From assembly GCF_009914755.1 (NCBI RefSeq), contig NC_060935.1: a DNA stretch of 64,000 nt; one strand, written 5' to 3'. Of this stretch, positions 1-14,720 are shown piece by piece. How positions within the stretch are numbered: position 1 is the first letter of the stretch; every line of letters starts with the position of its first letter. The notes below the pieces were generated by a model. The model made no database searches and was not told where the DNA came from. It saw nothing but the letters and a program-made list of their open reading frames with translations. The DNA comes from the human T2T-CHM13v2.0 reference genome, Homo sapiens. The position numbers and the translations under genes are program-made.

Positions 1-566
1 AGTAGCCATTTGCAACCCCCTAAGATATAGCTCTATTCTCACCAGCTTCAGGGTTTTGCAAATTGGACTGGCTTTTGCCATTAAAAGCATTCTCCTAGTG
101 CTACCCCTTTTACTTTAAAGAGACTCAGATACTGTAATAAACACCTTTTATCCCACTCCTACTGCCTTCACCAGGATGTAATGAAGCTGGCCTGCTCTGA
201 CAACAGGGTTAACTTTTACTATGGTTTGTTCGTTGCACTCTGCATGATGTCAGACAGTGTTTTTATTGCTATTTCCTATATGTGTTCATCCTGAAGACTG
301 TGTTGGGTATTGCATCCCATGGGGAGTGCCTCGAAGCTCTTGACACCTGTGTGTCTCATATCTGTGCTGTACTCGTCTTCTATGTGCCCATCATCACCTT
401 GGCTACCATGCGTCGCTTTGCTAAGCATAAATCCCCTTTAGCTATGATTCTGATAGCAGATGCATTCTTGCTGGTACCACCCTTGATGAATCCCATTGTG
501 TATTGTGTAAAAACTCGGCAGATTAGAGTAAAGGTCCTGGAAAAATTGGCTCTGAAGCCTAAATGA
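1..566 (+). pseudogene. OR51A8P: OR51A-subfamily olfactory receptor pseudogene, 3' part (runs off the window start); probably OR51A8P
   Basis: Motifs VAICNPLRY (from nt 2), HSYCLHQDVMKLAC and TCVSHICAV...PPLMNPIVY lie in three different frames. Frameshifts at about 107-111 (short deletion; in-frame TAA at 116-118) and about 280-281 (AT insertion). Symbol is from remembered gene order. Confidence 0.8.
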
Positions 567-1029
567 TGGGGCAAAGGTGGAAATTCTATTTTTTTCACAA
601 TACATTTTCTTAGGAGAAGGACAGTGTTTCATCCAAATAGGAAATGGTTCTATTTACTTCAAAGTTTTTAAATTAGCATTAATTAATTAATTGTTCAATC
701 AACTAATCCCTAAGGAGCATCTAATATACCACAGCTTTTCTACTTTTGATAAAGAAGAGGCTTATATTTCATGAAAATGTTACAAATCATTTTGTTGTTC
801 TTTGGGTGATTGATAAATTCAATTCTCAGACACGAGAAGGAAGAGCAAAACTCTTGCAAATCTTCTAATGAGAAGTTAGGAAAAGTAGCCCTTAACTGTG
901 GCTGGGAGAGTCCTACAAAATTCTGGTACTATTTAACATCTTGATATTTACCTCCTCTTATTTTATTTTCATTGTGATTTACATTAAACTCTTTATAAAG
1001 TGTCTGAGTTTGTCTAAGTATGTTCTTTA

Positions 1030-1195
1030 CTTTGCTATTCAAAGTGTGGTCTGCTGACTGACAGCAACAGCATTACCTAGAAAGTTGTTAAAATTGCTGC
1101 AGAATCTCATGTCCTGCTGCAAGCCTGTTGAGCTGAAATGTGCATTTTAGCAAGATCTCAGGTGACTGGCATGTAGGTTAGTGTTTAAGGAACAC
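1030..1195. mobile_element. MER5-type hAT-Charlie DNA transposon relic
   Basis: ttcaaagtgtggtc...cagcattacctagaaagttgttaaaa...gcattttagcaagatctcaggtga resembles MER5A. Confidence 0.6.
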
Positions 1196-2659
1196 TTTTC
1201 TTGGGTGATGTGAAAGGGAAACATAGAGACTATGTCATTTGGTGAAGCAAATTTTGGTGGAAGTCAATTTGGAGAGGAAGTTATAGAAGGGCCATGGCAC
1301 TTGACAGTGTTTATAGTAAAGATAAGGGACTGAAACTTTGGTGCTCAATGGTTGCAGGCCCATATGTATTTCCACCATGATGCATATATCTCTCTCACTA
1401 ACTATACTGTAAATTTCCACAGGACAAGAGTTACGAATTATTCAACTTTCACTCTCCTGACAACAAAGTACTCTGTCGATGGTATGTGCTTGGTAGATCT
1501 ATTAATATATCAGTTTGAACTAAAAAAAATAGTCTAAAGAAAAAGAGGTAGCATCCTGAAGCCAGGCCCCTCACGTTTTTCTGGGGTGAGAATTCTAGGG
1601 TGCATCAGAGCAGTCATCATCTAGGCTCAACACAGCACTCTCTCCTCTGCATGCCTCATAGTAAGAAGTTAACATTGCAGATACATAAGGAGGTTCGTGA
1701 GATGTGGATTCTTCCCTTGGATGCTGCCTTCTGAATTGAGGGGCGCTCCATATTACTGTTCATGAGTAATGATAGCACAGAATCTGCACCACTGTGGCCA
1801 AGTAGACACCCAAATAACTTTAATACCTGAGCCTCCCTAGTCTCACCTCTCACTTTATGGCATTGTGAATGGAACCAGACCAAAGGGCTCCAATGATCTC
1901 CTAATGAGAAAGGGTCAGCAAGGAAACTTTAGGAGTCACTAGGACTGTGCAATCCTTATTTACTACATCAGGGTCCAGGATCACTCCTAAAGAATAAGAT
2001 ATAGTGTAACTCTAGGCTGAGAATTTAGGAATTTAGAAGCTAACCCACAGAAGAAGGAGTAAATAAACCCCATCAGGGTTACGTGTCCTCTAAAGTCCTT
2101 ACTGTGATAGCTCAGTCCTTCCAGGGAGATCAAATGAATGGAAAAACTAGGGACTCGGTCAGGAACAGGTCCTCTGGTTTCAGCTCTGCCATTTCCTGGC
2201 TGTGTGGTATTGAGAAAATTACTTCCTATGTATTATGATATATTTCATATGTACTTTTAAATTAAGAACATAATTATTTCTCCATACATTCCAGGGATTA
2301 AATAAGTTAATGTGTTTAAAAGCTTTAAGATCTCAATATGGTCTTCAGACAGGTTTTGTTTGGACATGGCAGTGTTTGGATTATTTTGTCTATATATATA
2401 TAAAATTATACACACAAAATATATAAAATATAGACATAAATTATCTTAAATATGGAAAGACATGGAAGTAGTAGACCTATATTCCCCCATGGAAACATTC
2501 AAACATTCAGTAGGCAACCCCTGAGAAGTCTTAAGCCTCTTGGTTAATAAAGATCCCACTACTCACAGTGTGAATATGTACTTGTTTTATAAATTTATGT
2601 TATTTCCTTGGCTTCTCTAAACATTTGAACTTATGATCCCTGTTATGAATTCTCAATAT

Positions 2660-2696
2660 CTCCCTCCCCCCTCTCTCTCTCTTCCTCTCTCTTTCT

Positions 2697-2745
<49 letters not shown>

Positions 2746-2749
2746 ACAC
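2660..2749. repeat. (CT)-rich tract followed by a (CA)n microsatellite
   Basis: Direct reading; CA run at about 2698-2749. Confidence 0.95.
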
Positions 2750-3025
2750 GAGTAACATTCTGGTTGCTATCCTGGAGAGCTTTGTTTATCAAGTAGACCA
2801 ACCCAGAGATCTGGCTTTTGCAAGGCTTTTCCCGATCTGCAGTTTTATCCACCTTCTGTGTACCACTGTTACACTTTGTAAATGTGCTTGCTAATACTTT
2901 CTCCCCTCTGTGTGCTGTTAAGAAATTTTTTTTTCCCCTTAACTTATCAGTCAAGTTAACGTGATTTGCAGAGGGAGGATAGGATCCTAGACTGGCCGGG
3001 GGTATTAATAACAACCACTATGTGG

Positions 3026-3173
3026 TTGAAGGTTTTGACAGAATTGGTATGGATTTGGCCAGTGTACAGGAGAGAGTGGGAAAAAGGAGAGAGCAATTGA
3101 GGCTCTGCTGTGAAAGAGAGACAGTTTTCTACTACCCTGATTTAGCAGAGTAATAAACACATGGAGGCAGCCA
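3026..3173 (+). repeat. 148-bp local duplication, copy 1 (copy 2 at 5230-5377)
   Basis: Ungapped match, about 13 mismatches by eye. Confidence 0.9.
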
Positions 3174-4069
3174 GAGGAGTTGGGTTTCAGTTCAATACCT
3201 ACCACTGACTTATACAGGACCATTCAAAGGTGCTTTCCACAGGCCAAAGTTGCAGCTTTCTGTCTATAAAATGAGGTGGAGCTGGGGGAAGATTAAAGAA
3301 ACTTCCAGCTATAAAGCTCTTTATTCTGATTAATCATGCATACAAAGTTTAAATATAGTTACTGTTTTTTTATTAATTCCAAATCATTTATTGAATATCT
3401 CTATGTTCCCACATTATGATACAGATGTTTTACTGTAAGATAAGAACTGCTTTATTTATAATAGAAACAAAAGACATACATTTATAAAATACATATATAA
3501 ATATATTTAACTTAAGCAAATAATTTTATTGGAAAACAGAAAAAACTGTTAATGAAACACTTATACACTCTTGCATGTGAAAACTTACCGTTAATGTTTA
3601 TTTTCTTACATTTAATCTATAAATATAATTTAACACCTCCTAGAAATCCAAAGCTTTCGTTTGTTTTGTGAGATTGGGTTTGCTTTACATCTCATATTAA
3701 GTAAATCACACTATAAAGCTATAATAAATAAGTGATATGTTGTCATTCCTAAAAAGATCTGCAAAGCAAAATGCATACACCTACACAACCTACTGACCAG
3801 CAAGCATTATAATAAATGCTGTGGTGGTGAGCACCTGAGATTTTTTGGTTGGTATACAGTAAGTGAACTAAGAGTGTTAGTACACTGTGTATACTTATAT
3901 ACACACACAGATATACATTGTATATTATATATACACAATATTATATATACATATAATTTATAATATGATATGCATAGTATTTTATTTCAGTGAGAAAAAG
4001 AATGTATTTAACAGGTGATTCTGCCATTAGTAAATATCCACCTTGATTAATATAAATTTAAACTTCTAA

Positions 4070-4508
<439 letters not shown>

Positions 4509-4637
4509 TAAATTTAGGTTTGTTTAAATAATACTACCTGTATTTGCTTGAGAGTTGATTGGCAAACAAGATCAAAGACAAATACCAGATTGGGAAAGGC
4601 ATAAAACAAAAATGTTTTGGAAATATTTATTTATTTA

Positions 4638-4716
4638 TTAGGTTGGTGCAAATGTAATTGCTATTTTGTCATTATTTTTAATGGCAAAAACTGCAATTAT
4701 GTTTGCACCAACCTAA
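4638..4716. mobile_element. MADE1 MITE (Hsmar1-derived)
   Basis: About 80 bp with terminal inverted repeats ttaggttggtgcaaa...tttgcaccaacctaa. Confidence 0.9.
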
Positions 4717-4724
4717 CATTTATT

Positions 4725-5010
4725 TATTTTTGAGACAAGGTCTTGTTCTGTTGTCCATGCGGGGTTGCAGTGGTGAAACCATAGCTCACTGCAGCCTCCT
4801 CCTCCTGGGCTCAAGTGAACCTCTCACTTCAGAGTCCTTAGTAGCTGGGACTATAAACACCTGCCACCATGAATGCCTATTTATTTTTTAAATTTTTTGA
4901 AGAGATGGTATATTCTTATGTTGTCCAGCCTGGTCTCAAACTCCTGTACTTAAGCAATTCTCTTGCCTCAGCTTTCTGAAGTGTTGGGATTATAGGTGTG
5001 ACCCACCCAC
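4725..5010 (-). mobile_element. AluJ, diverged
   Basis: tgagacaaggtcttg...catagctcactgcagcctc...ggattataggtgtg. Confidence 0.85.
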
Positions 5011-5229
5011 TTATATTTAAAATATAAACAACCCAATAGAAAAATGGATGAAGATTATTTGAATAGGCTATTCATGGGAGAGGAAACAAAAATAATCAAT
5101 AATATGTGAAAGACATTCATTTTTACTATTAGCAAAATCTAAAATTAAGTAAAATTAGATAATTCTAACTTATTTTAAAGTAAAATAATTTTACTTTATG
5201 TAATTAAAGTAATAAAAACCATTATATAC

Positions 5230-5377
5230 TTGAAGGTTCTGACAGAATTGGTGTGGATTTGGCCAGTGTGCAGGAGACAGCAGGAACAAGGAAAGAACAA
5301 TTGAGGCTCTGCTGTGAAAGAGAGACAGTTTTCTGCTACCCTAATTTAACAGAGTTATAAACACATGGAGGCAGCCA
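5230..5377 (+). repeat. 148-bp local duplication, copy 2
   Basis: Matches 3026-3173. Confidence 0.9.
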
Positions 5378-5541
5378 TGTGTTTAAAGTAACATTGATTA
5401 CTATTAATTTTACATAAAGTAAAATTAATTAAAATGTTATTAATTTAAATTCATAAAAATTTTAAAATATTAGAGCAGTCAATTTTGTTGTATATGCAAG
5501 AAAAAGGCATTCTCTGACATAGTATAGAAGTATGATTTGCT

Positions 5542-5923
<382 letters not shown>

Positions 5924-8900
5924 TTAACATGTAAATCCTTTAAAGCCAGCAATCGTGACCTGGAGATCAGTCTTTCAGAAGTAATAGCCTAAGTGTACAT
6001 GGGGAATTGTAGAAGAGCATTTATTAGAGCATTGCTTGGAGTGGCATAAAACTGAAGACAACTCTAATACTCACTCGTAGAAAACAGTTGAATAAATTAC
6101 CTTGATCCACACCATGGAACATTATGATTATGTCGTCATTTGAATGAATTAAATCCATACTAGTGCACTTGGAGGAATGAGGAATTTCTATTATAAGAAA
6201 ACAAGATGCAGAAAGGCATATAGAAAGTTATCGAGATTCAGAGGGCAGGGACAGAACAAGATGTAGGAATAGAAGGCTCCACCAATTGTCCCCCCACCAC
6301 AAGGACACTGATTTAACACCTGTACATAAGAAACACTTTTTTAAAAACAAAAAAGTCGGATGAGTCCTTATAATAACTTATAATAAAAAGGCACTGAAAA
6401 TATTTTAAAAACCTACCTTGAATCGCCGATGCCGCGCTGCCCCTGTCATCAGGCAATGGCAATGGCAGTGTGGTGCAGAGAATGTCTCTGGGTGCTTGGA
6501 GAGGGGAGAGCAGACACACTGGTGTCAGAAATGAAATTCTGATGCATTAAACTCAGTGCTGTCCTGTTAGAGCAGGAAAATAACAAATAACAACAACAAC
6601 AAAACTGGACCAAACTCAGCTGATGCTCACCCATGGAGGGAGCATTTAAAACAGCCATAATCAGAGGGGAATCACTGATCCCAGCAGTCAAAACTGGACT
6701 TCCTGTAAACCTCACCACCACAGACCAAAGTGATCTGGGTCTTTAAGTAAACTTGAAAGGCAGTCTAGGCCACAAGGACTGCAACTCTCAAACGAGTCCT
6801 GTTGCTGAACTGGTCCAGAGACAGTGGACTAGAGAGGGATGCAACCTACCGAGACACACTGAGGCTGCTAAGGGAGTGCTGGTATCATGCCTTCCCTAAC
6901 CCCAGGCTGCATAGCTCATGGCACCAAAAGAGACCCCTTCCTTCTGCTTGAGGAGAGGAGAGAGAAAAGTAGGAGGAGCTTGTCTTGCATCTTGCAGGCC
7001 AGCTCAGCTGCAGCAGAATAGAGCGCCAGTCAGAGTCCTGAGGCCTTTGTTCCAGAACCTAGCTACCAGATGGCATTTCTAGACACATCCTGGGTCAGAA
7101 GGGAACCTGCTGCCTTGAAGGGAAGGACCTAGTCCTGGCAGCATTTATCACCTGCTAACTGAAGAGCCCTTGGACCCCGGACAACAAGCAGCAATACCCA
7201 GGTACTACGTCAAGAGTCTTGGGTTAGCCTCTGAGACTTGCTGACTTCAGGTGAGATTCAGCACATTACCAGCTGTGCTGGCTATGGGGAGAGACTCCTT
7301 CTGCTTGAGGGAAGAGTAAGAGGACTTTCTCTTGCACCGTAGGTACCAGCACAACCACAGGGGTGTAGAGCAGGTTCTTGGGATCCCCCATTCCAGGATT
7401 TGACTCTTGGATGGCATTTCTGGAACTGCCCTGGGCCAGAGGGGAGCCCACTGACCTGAAGGGTGAGTTCCTGGCCAGGCAGTATTCACCACAAGCTGAC
7501 TTAAGAGCCCTTGGGCCTTACAGGAACATCTGTGGTTTTCTGGCAGTACTCCTCATGGCCAGTAGTGGCAGGTGGCTACAGGATGAGGGTCCTTTGCCTT
7601 TGAAAAGTGGAGGGAGAGTGGGAAGGTCTGTATCTTGTGATGTGAGTGCCAGCTCAGCTGCAGTATAATAGAACACCAGGTAGACTTCTAAGGCTTTTGA
7701 CCCTAGTGCCTAAATCCCCGACAGCATCTCTGGACCCACCTGGGGCCTAGGGGATCTCACCTTCCTGAAGGAAAGGACACAGGCCTGGCTGGCTTTGCCA
7801 ACTACAGATTGTGGAGCCCCATGGCCTAAAGCAAACAAAGACAGCAGCCAGGAAGTGGTTACAGCAGGCCTTGGGTGAGATCCAGTGGTGTGCTGGCTTC
7901 AGGTCTGACCCAGCACAGACATACTGGTGGTGGCCACAGGGGTGCTTGTGTCACCCCACCCTTAGATTCATGTGGCTCAGAACACAGACAGACTCCATTT
8001 ATTTGGGATAAAGTAAGGGAAGAGAACGAGAGTCTCTGCCTGGTAATCCAGAGAATATTCCATATTTTGTCTAAGACCATCAAGGCGGTACCTCTATGAG
8101 TCTAGAAGAAGCACAGCATTACTGGGCTTGGGGTTACCCCTAAAGTAGATACAACTTAGATCACAACACCCAAGTCCCTTGAAATATCTATAAAGCCATC
8201 CCAAGAAGGATGGGTACAAAGAAGCCCAGACAGTGAAGACTACAATAAATAAACAATTCTTGAATGACCAAACAGTGAATAACATTGTACAGGAAAACAT
8301 GACCTCACCAAATAAACTAAATAAGGCACCAGGGACCAATCCTGGAGAAACAGAGATATGTGACCTTTCAGATAGAATTCAAAATACCTGTGTTGAGGAA
8401 ACTCAAAGAAATTCAAGATAACACAGAGAAGGAACTCAGAACTACATCAGAAAAAATTAACAGTGATATTGACATATTTACAAAGAATCAAGCAGAAATT
8501 CTGGGGCTGAAAAATGCGATTGGCATACTGAAGAATGCATTAGAGTCCTTTAATCACAGAATTAATGAAGCAGAACAAAGAATTAGTGAGCCTGAAGACA
8601 GGCTATTTGAAAATACACAGCCAGAGGAGACAAAACAAAAAAGAATAAAAAACAACAAAGCGTACTTACAGGATCCAGAAAATAGCCTCAAAGGGCAATT
8701 CTAAGAGTTATTGGTCTTAAAGAGGAGATGGAGAAAGAGATAAGAGTTAGAAAATTTATTTAAAGAGATAATAACAGAGAACATCCCAAACCTAGAGAAA
8801 GTTGTTAATATAAAAGTACAAGAAGGTTAGAGAATACCGAATCAATTTAACCCCCAAAATAACACCTCAAAGCATTTAATAATCAAATTCCCCAAAATCA

Positions 8901-9156
8901 AATATAATGAAAGGATCCTAAAAGCTGCAAGAGAAAAGAAACCAATATATCTGACAGCAGACTTTTCACTTGAAACTTACAGGCCAGGAGAGAGTAACAT
9001 AAGATAATTAAAGTGCTCTCAAGGAAGAGTTCTTTTACCCAAGAATAATATATCCAGTGAAAATATCTTTAAAAGATGAAGAAGAAATAAAGACTTTCCC
9101 AGACAAACAAAGTTGAGAAATTTCCTCAATACCAGACCTGTTCTATAAGAAATGCT

Positions 9157-9443
9157 AGCCCGAGCATGGCGGCTCACATCTGTAATCCCAGCACTTTGGG
9201 AGGCCGAAGCAGGCAGATCACCTGAGGTCAGGAGTTCGAGACCAGTCTGACCAACATGGAGAAACCCCGTCTCTACTAAAAATACAAAAATTAGCCATGT
9301 GAGTTTGTGCGTGCCTGTAATCCCAGCTACTCCGGAGGCTGAGGCAGGAGAATCACTTGAACCTCAGTGGCAGAGGTTGTGGTGAGCCAAGATCACGCCA
9401 CTGCACTGCAGCCTGGGCAACAAGAGCAAAACTCTGTCTCAAA
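9157..9443 (+). mobile_element. AluS (Sp/Sq-like) nested in L1, with no poly-A tail
   Basis: Full dimer ending ctctgtctc and followed directly by L1 aaagggagttc. Confidence 0.9.
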
Positions 9444-9818
9444 GGGAGTTCTTTAATCTGAAAGAACAGGACATTAATGAGCAATAAATAATCACTTTAA
9501 GGTAGTAATACAAAAGTCATTGGCAATAGTAAGTACCTAGGAAAACACAATATTATAACACTATAACTGTGGTGTGTAAACTACTCTTATGCCAAGTAGC
9601 AGGTCTAAAAATAAATAAATAAAAAATAATAGCTACATCAACTTTTCAAGACATAGACAGCACAATAAGGTATAAACAGAAAAAAATATTAAAATGCAGC
9701 AGAAACAAAGTTAAGGTGCAGTTTTTATTGGTTTTCTTTTAGCTTGTTTAGGCAAAGAGTGTTAAGTTGTTATTAGGTTAAAATAATGGGTTATAAAATA
9801 GTATTTGAAAGCCTCATG

Positions 9819-11400
9819 GTATATTAGTTCATGCTTACATTGCTATAAAGAATTACCTGAAACTGGGTAGTTTATAAATTAAAGAGGTTTCATTGTCTCA
9901 CAGTTCCACAGACTGTACAGGAGGCAAGGCTGTGGAGGCCTCAAGAAACTTACAATCACGGTGGAAGGTGAAGAGGAAGCAATCACGTCTTCACATGGTG
10001 ACGGGAGAGAGACAGAGTGAAGAGGGAAGTGCCACACACTTTTAAATCATCAGATAACATGAGAAGTTACTCACTATCATGAGAACAGCATGATTTAATC
10101 ATCTCCCATCAGGTCCCTCTCTCCACGTTGGGAATTACAATTCAACATGAGATTTGGGTGGGGACACAGAGCCAAAACATATCATTCTGCCCCTTGACCC
10201 TCCAAAATCTCAAGGCCTTCTCACATTTCAAAACACAATCCTGCTTTCCCTATAGTCCCCCAAAGTCTTAAATCATTCCAGCATTAACTCAAATCTCCAA
10301 GTCCAAAGTCTTACCTGAGACAAGGCAAGTTTCTCACACTGGTGAACTTGTAAAATGAAAAACAAGTTATTTACTTACAAGAGAAAATGGGGGTACAGGC
10401 ATTGGGTAAATGCTCCCATTTTTAATGGAAAAAATTGGCCAAAACCAAGGGGCTACAGTTCCCATGCAAGTCCGAAACCCAGCAGGGCAGTCATTAAATC
10501 TTAAATCCTCAAAATAATCTCCTCTGACCCCATGTCTCTCACCCAGGGCATGCTGATGCAAGGCGTGGCCTCTCAAGGCCTTCAGCACCTGTGCCCCTGT
10601 GGCTATTCAGGATACAGCCCCTGCAGTTGCTTTCACAGGCTGGCTTTGAGTGCTTGCAGCTTTTCCAGGTGCATGGTGCAAGCTATCGGTGGATCTGCCA
10701 TTCTGGAGTATGGATAATGGTGGCTCTCTTCTCACAGATCCATTAGGCAGTGCCCCAGTGGGAACTCTGTGTGGGGGCTCCAACCCTACATTTCCTCACT
10801 CCACTGCCTTAGTAGAAGTTCTCCATGAGAGCACCACCCCTGCAGCAGACTTCTGCCTGGACATCCAGGCTTTTCCATACATCCTCTGCAATCTAGGTAG
10901 AGGCTCCCAAACCTAAACTCTTGCCTTCTGTACACCCACAGGCCCAATACCACATGGAAGCTGCTATGGCTTGGGACCTGCACCCTCTGAAGGAATAGTC
11001 CGAGCTGTACCTTGGCTCCTTTTAGCAATGGCTGGAGCTGGAGTGGCTGGAACGCAGGGTGCCATGTCTCAAGGATGCATAGATCAATGGGGCCCTGGGC
11101 CTGGCTCACAAAACCACTTCTCCCTCCTTGGCCTCCAGGCCTGTAGTGGGAGGGGCTGCAGTGAAGGTCTGAAATACCTGGGAGACATTTTCCCCATTGT
11201 GGTGGCTATTAACGTTTGGCTCCTCTTTATTTATTCAAATTTATGCAGCTGGCTCTAATTTATCCCCAGAAAAATAGGTTTTTATTGCCTACCACATGGT
11301 CAGGCTGCAAATTTCCCAAACTCATATGTTCTGCTTCCCTTTTAAATATAAATTTCAGTTTCAGATATAAGCTCTTTGTTCATGCATATGGGTGTACACC
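9819..11400 (+). mobile_element. MaLR MST element: 5' LTR (about 9819-10184) plus internal sequence, 3' LTR missing
   Basis: tattagt...ttgctataaagaattacctgaaactggg...catgagatttgggtggggacacagagccaaaacatatca, then MaLR internal sequence. Confidence 0.85.
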
Positions 11401-14344
11401 GTTATAAGAAGAAAATAAATAATAAAGATCAGAGCAGAAATAAATAAAATTGAAACAAAGAAAACAACACAAATGATCAATAAAACAAAAAGGTTTTTTG
11501 AAAAGTTAAATTTCCCCAAAATTGACCAACTTTTAGCCAGACTAAGAAAGAATAAGAGATGATCCAAATAAATAAAATTTGAAATGAAAAAGGAAACATT
11601 ACAACTGATACTGAAGAAATTTAAAGGATAATGGCTATCACGAGCAAGTATATGCCAATAAATTAGAAAATCTAGAAGTAATGGAGAAGTTCCTAGATGC
11701 ATACACCCTACCAAGATTGAACCACGAAGAAATCCAAAATATAAACAGACAAATAACAAGTAACAAGATCAAAGCCACAATGAAAAGCCTTCCCATAAAG
11801 AAAAGCCTGGGATACGATGGATTCACTGCTGAATTCCACCAACCAATTAAATAATTAATACCAATCCTACTCAAACTATTCCAAAATATGGAAGAGGAAG
11901 GAATACTTCCACACTCATTCTATGAGGTCAGTATTACCATGATACTAAAACCAAAGACTCATCAAAAAAAGAAAACTACAGGCCAGTATCTCTGATAAAT
12001 GTTGATGCAAAAATCCTCAACAAAATACTAGCAAGCTGAATTCAAAAAAACATTAGAAAGATAATTCATCATGAGCAAGTGGGCTGTATCCCTGGGACAC
12101 AAGAATGGTTCAACATATGAAAATCAATCAATGGGATACATTCTATCAACAGAATGAAGGATAAAAACCATATGATCATTTCAATTAATGCTGAAAAAGC
12201 ATGTGACAAAATTCAACACCCCTTCATAATAAAATCCCTTAAAATGGGTATAGAAGGAACATATCTCAAAATAGTAAAAGCCAGATATGACAGACCCACA
12301 ACTAGTATCACACTGAGGAAAAACTGAAAGCCTTTACTCTAAGATCTAAAACACTAGAAGGATGTTCACTGTCACCACTATTATTCAACACAGTATTGGA
12401 AGTCCTAGCTAGAGTATTAAGAAAAGGAAATAAAGTCATCCAAATTGGAATGGAAAAATTCAGATTATTCTTATTTTCAGAAGATACGATCTTATATTTG
12501 GAAAAACCTAGAGACTTTACCAAAACAATTATTAGAACTGAGGAACAAATTCAGTAAATTTGCAGGATACAAAATTAGCATACAAAAATCAGTAGCATTT
12601 CTATAAGCCAACAGTGATCAAAAATTAAAAAGAAAAAGAAATTAAAAAGTAATCTCATTTACAATAGCCACATGTAAAATTAAATACCTAAAAATTAATT
12701 GAACCAAATAAATAAAAGATATCTACAATGAAAACTATAAAACACGGATGAAAGAAGTTGAAGAGGGTACCAAGAAATTGAAAAGTATTCTAAGTTCATG
12801 GACTGAAAGAATAAATATTGTTAAAATGTCCATACCGTCCAAAGCACTCTATAGATTTAATGCAATTCCAATGAAAATATCAATGACATTCTTCACAGAA
12901 ATAGAAAAAACAATCTTAATTTGTATGGAACCATAAAATAACCAGAATAGCCAAATTATTTAAGTGAAAACTACTACAGAAAACTTTGGGGAAACTACTA
13001 CAAAAAAACATTGGGGAAATTCTCCAGGACATTGATCTGGGTAAAAATTTCTTGAGCAATATCCCACAAGCACAGGCAACCTAAGCAAAAATGGACAAAT
13101 AGGATCACATTAAGTTAAAAAGCTTCTGCATAGCAAATAAAACAATCCACAAAGTGAAGAGACAACCCACAGAATGGAAGGAAATATTTGCAAACTACCC
13201 ATCTGACAAAGGATTAATAACTAGAATATATAAGGAGCTCTACAACTCCACATGGAAAAAAACCAATAATCTAATCAATAATGGGCAAAAGAGGTACATA
13301 AACATTTCTCAAATGAAGAAAAACAATGACAAACAGGCATCTGTAAAAGTTCTCCACATCCTTGATCATCAGAGAAACTCAAATCAAAGCTATCATGAGA
13401 TCTCATCTCACTCCAGTTAAAATGGCTGATATCCAAAAGACAGACAATGCTGCCAAGGTGGGAATGTAAGTAAGTACAACTACTTTGGAGAATGGTTTAG
13501 AGGTTCCTCAATAAACTAAAATTAGAGCTTCCCTATGATCCAGCTATCCCACTGCTGTTATATACCCAAAAGAAAGGAAATCAGTATATTAAAGACGTAT
13601 CTGCACTCCCATGTTTGCTGCAGCATGGTTCACAATAGCTATGATTTGGAAGCAACCTAAGCATTCATCAACAGACAAATAGATAAAGAAAATGTGCTAT
13701 ATATACACAATGGAGTACTATTCAGCCATAAAATGAATGAGATCCTATCATTTGCAACAGTATGGATGAAATTAAAGGTCATTATATTAAGTGACATATG
13801 CCAGGCACAGAAAAACAAACATTGCATGTTCTCACTTATTTGTGGGATCTAAAAATGAAAACAATTGTACTCATGGACAAAGAGAATAGGATGTTTACCA
13901 GAGGCTGGGAAGGGTAGTGGGAACCTGGGGGAGAGGTGAGCATGGTTAATGGGTATAAAAAATAATAGAAAGAATGAATAAGACCTACTATTTGATAGTG
14001 CAATAGAGTGACTCTAGTCAATAATAACTTAATCACACGTTTTAAGATATCTAAAGGAATGTAATTGGATTGTTTATAACACAGAGGATAACTGCTTGAG
14101 AGGATAGATACCCCATTCTTCATGATGTGATTATTTCACATTGCATGCCTGTATCAAAACATCTCATGTACCCCATAAATATATAAACCTACTGTGTACC
14201 CACAAAAATAAAAAATATATATTTATTAAAGTTAGTCAATTATTGTGCTACAACAATAGTGCTCCTCATAACACACATGTGATTAATTGTATTGGCATCA
14301 AAAAAATAGATTAACCATGTTCACAGAATAAGACTGTAATTACT

Positions 14345-14720
14345 CTGTTAGTTAACTTTTGCTGTATACCAACTACAAAATATCAGATGCTTACAACTAC
14401 AGCATTTGTTATAATTCTCACTGGTCAGTAGGTTGTCAGAGACCCTCTTCATCTAGGCTGCTTTGACTTGCTGGCTTTGCTTCAGTTCTCTGGGAACCAG
14501 GGACTGGCTCCAGGCTCTGAATTTGGCTCAGGTTTGCACCATGTACCTCCTTCTGGAAACCAGATTCAAGGGGAATTACCTACTAGGTTAGCACTACCCC
14601 AGTACAAGAAATCAAACCCTGCAGCAAAATCACACTGAAGCTCTTGCTTTTATCACATCCACTAACATCCTATTGACCAAAACAAGTCATGAGGACCACA
14701 ATGGCCAGAGAAAATTATGT
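14345..14720. mobile_element. Old MLT1-like LTR relic
   Basis: tgttagttaacttttgctg...catccactaacatcctattgaccaaaacaagtcatg. Confidence 0.45.

Larger units (their letters stand above)
6245..14217 (+). mobile_element. Old, originally full-length L1 (L1MA1-3-like 3' end): 5'UTR, decayed ORF1/ORF2, nested Alu and MST, internal deletions
   Basis: ORF1-like peptide 8360-8704, ORF2 fragments 11400-13850, L1MA-type 3'UTR ending gtacccacaaaaataaaaaat. Confidence 0.85.

Noticed and set aside
7247-11407. Clusters of GC-richer short ORFs
   Set aside because: They lie in the L1 5'UTR and MST internal sequence and show no protein-family signal
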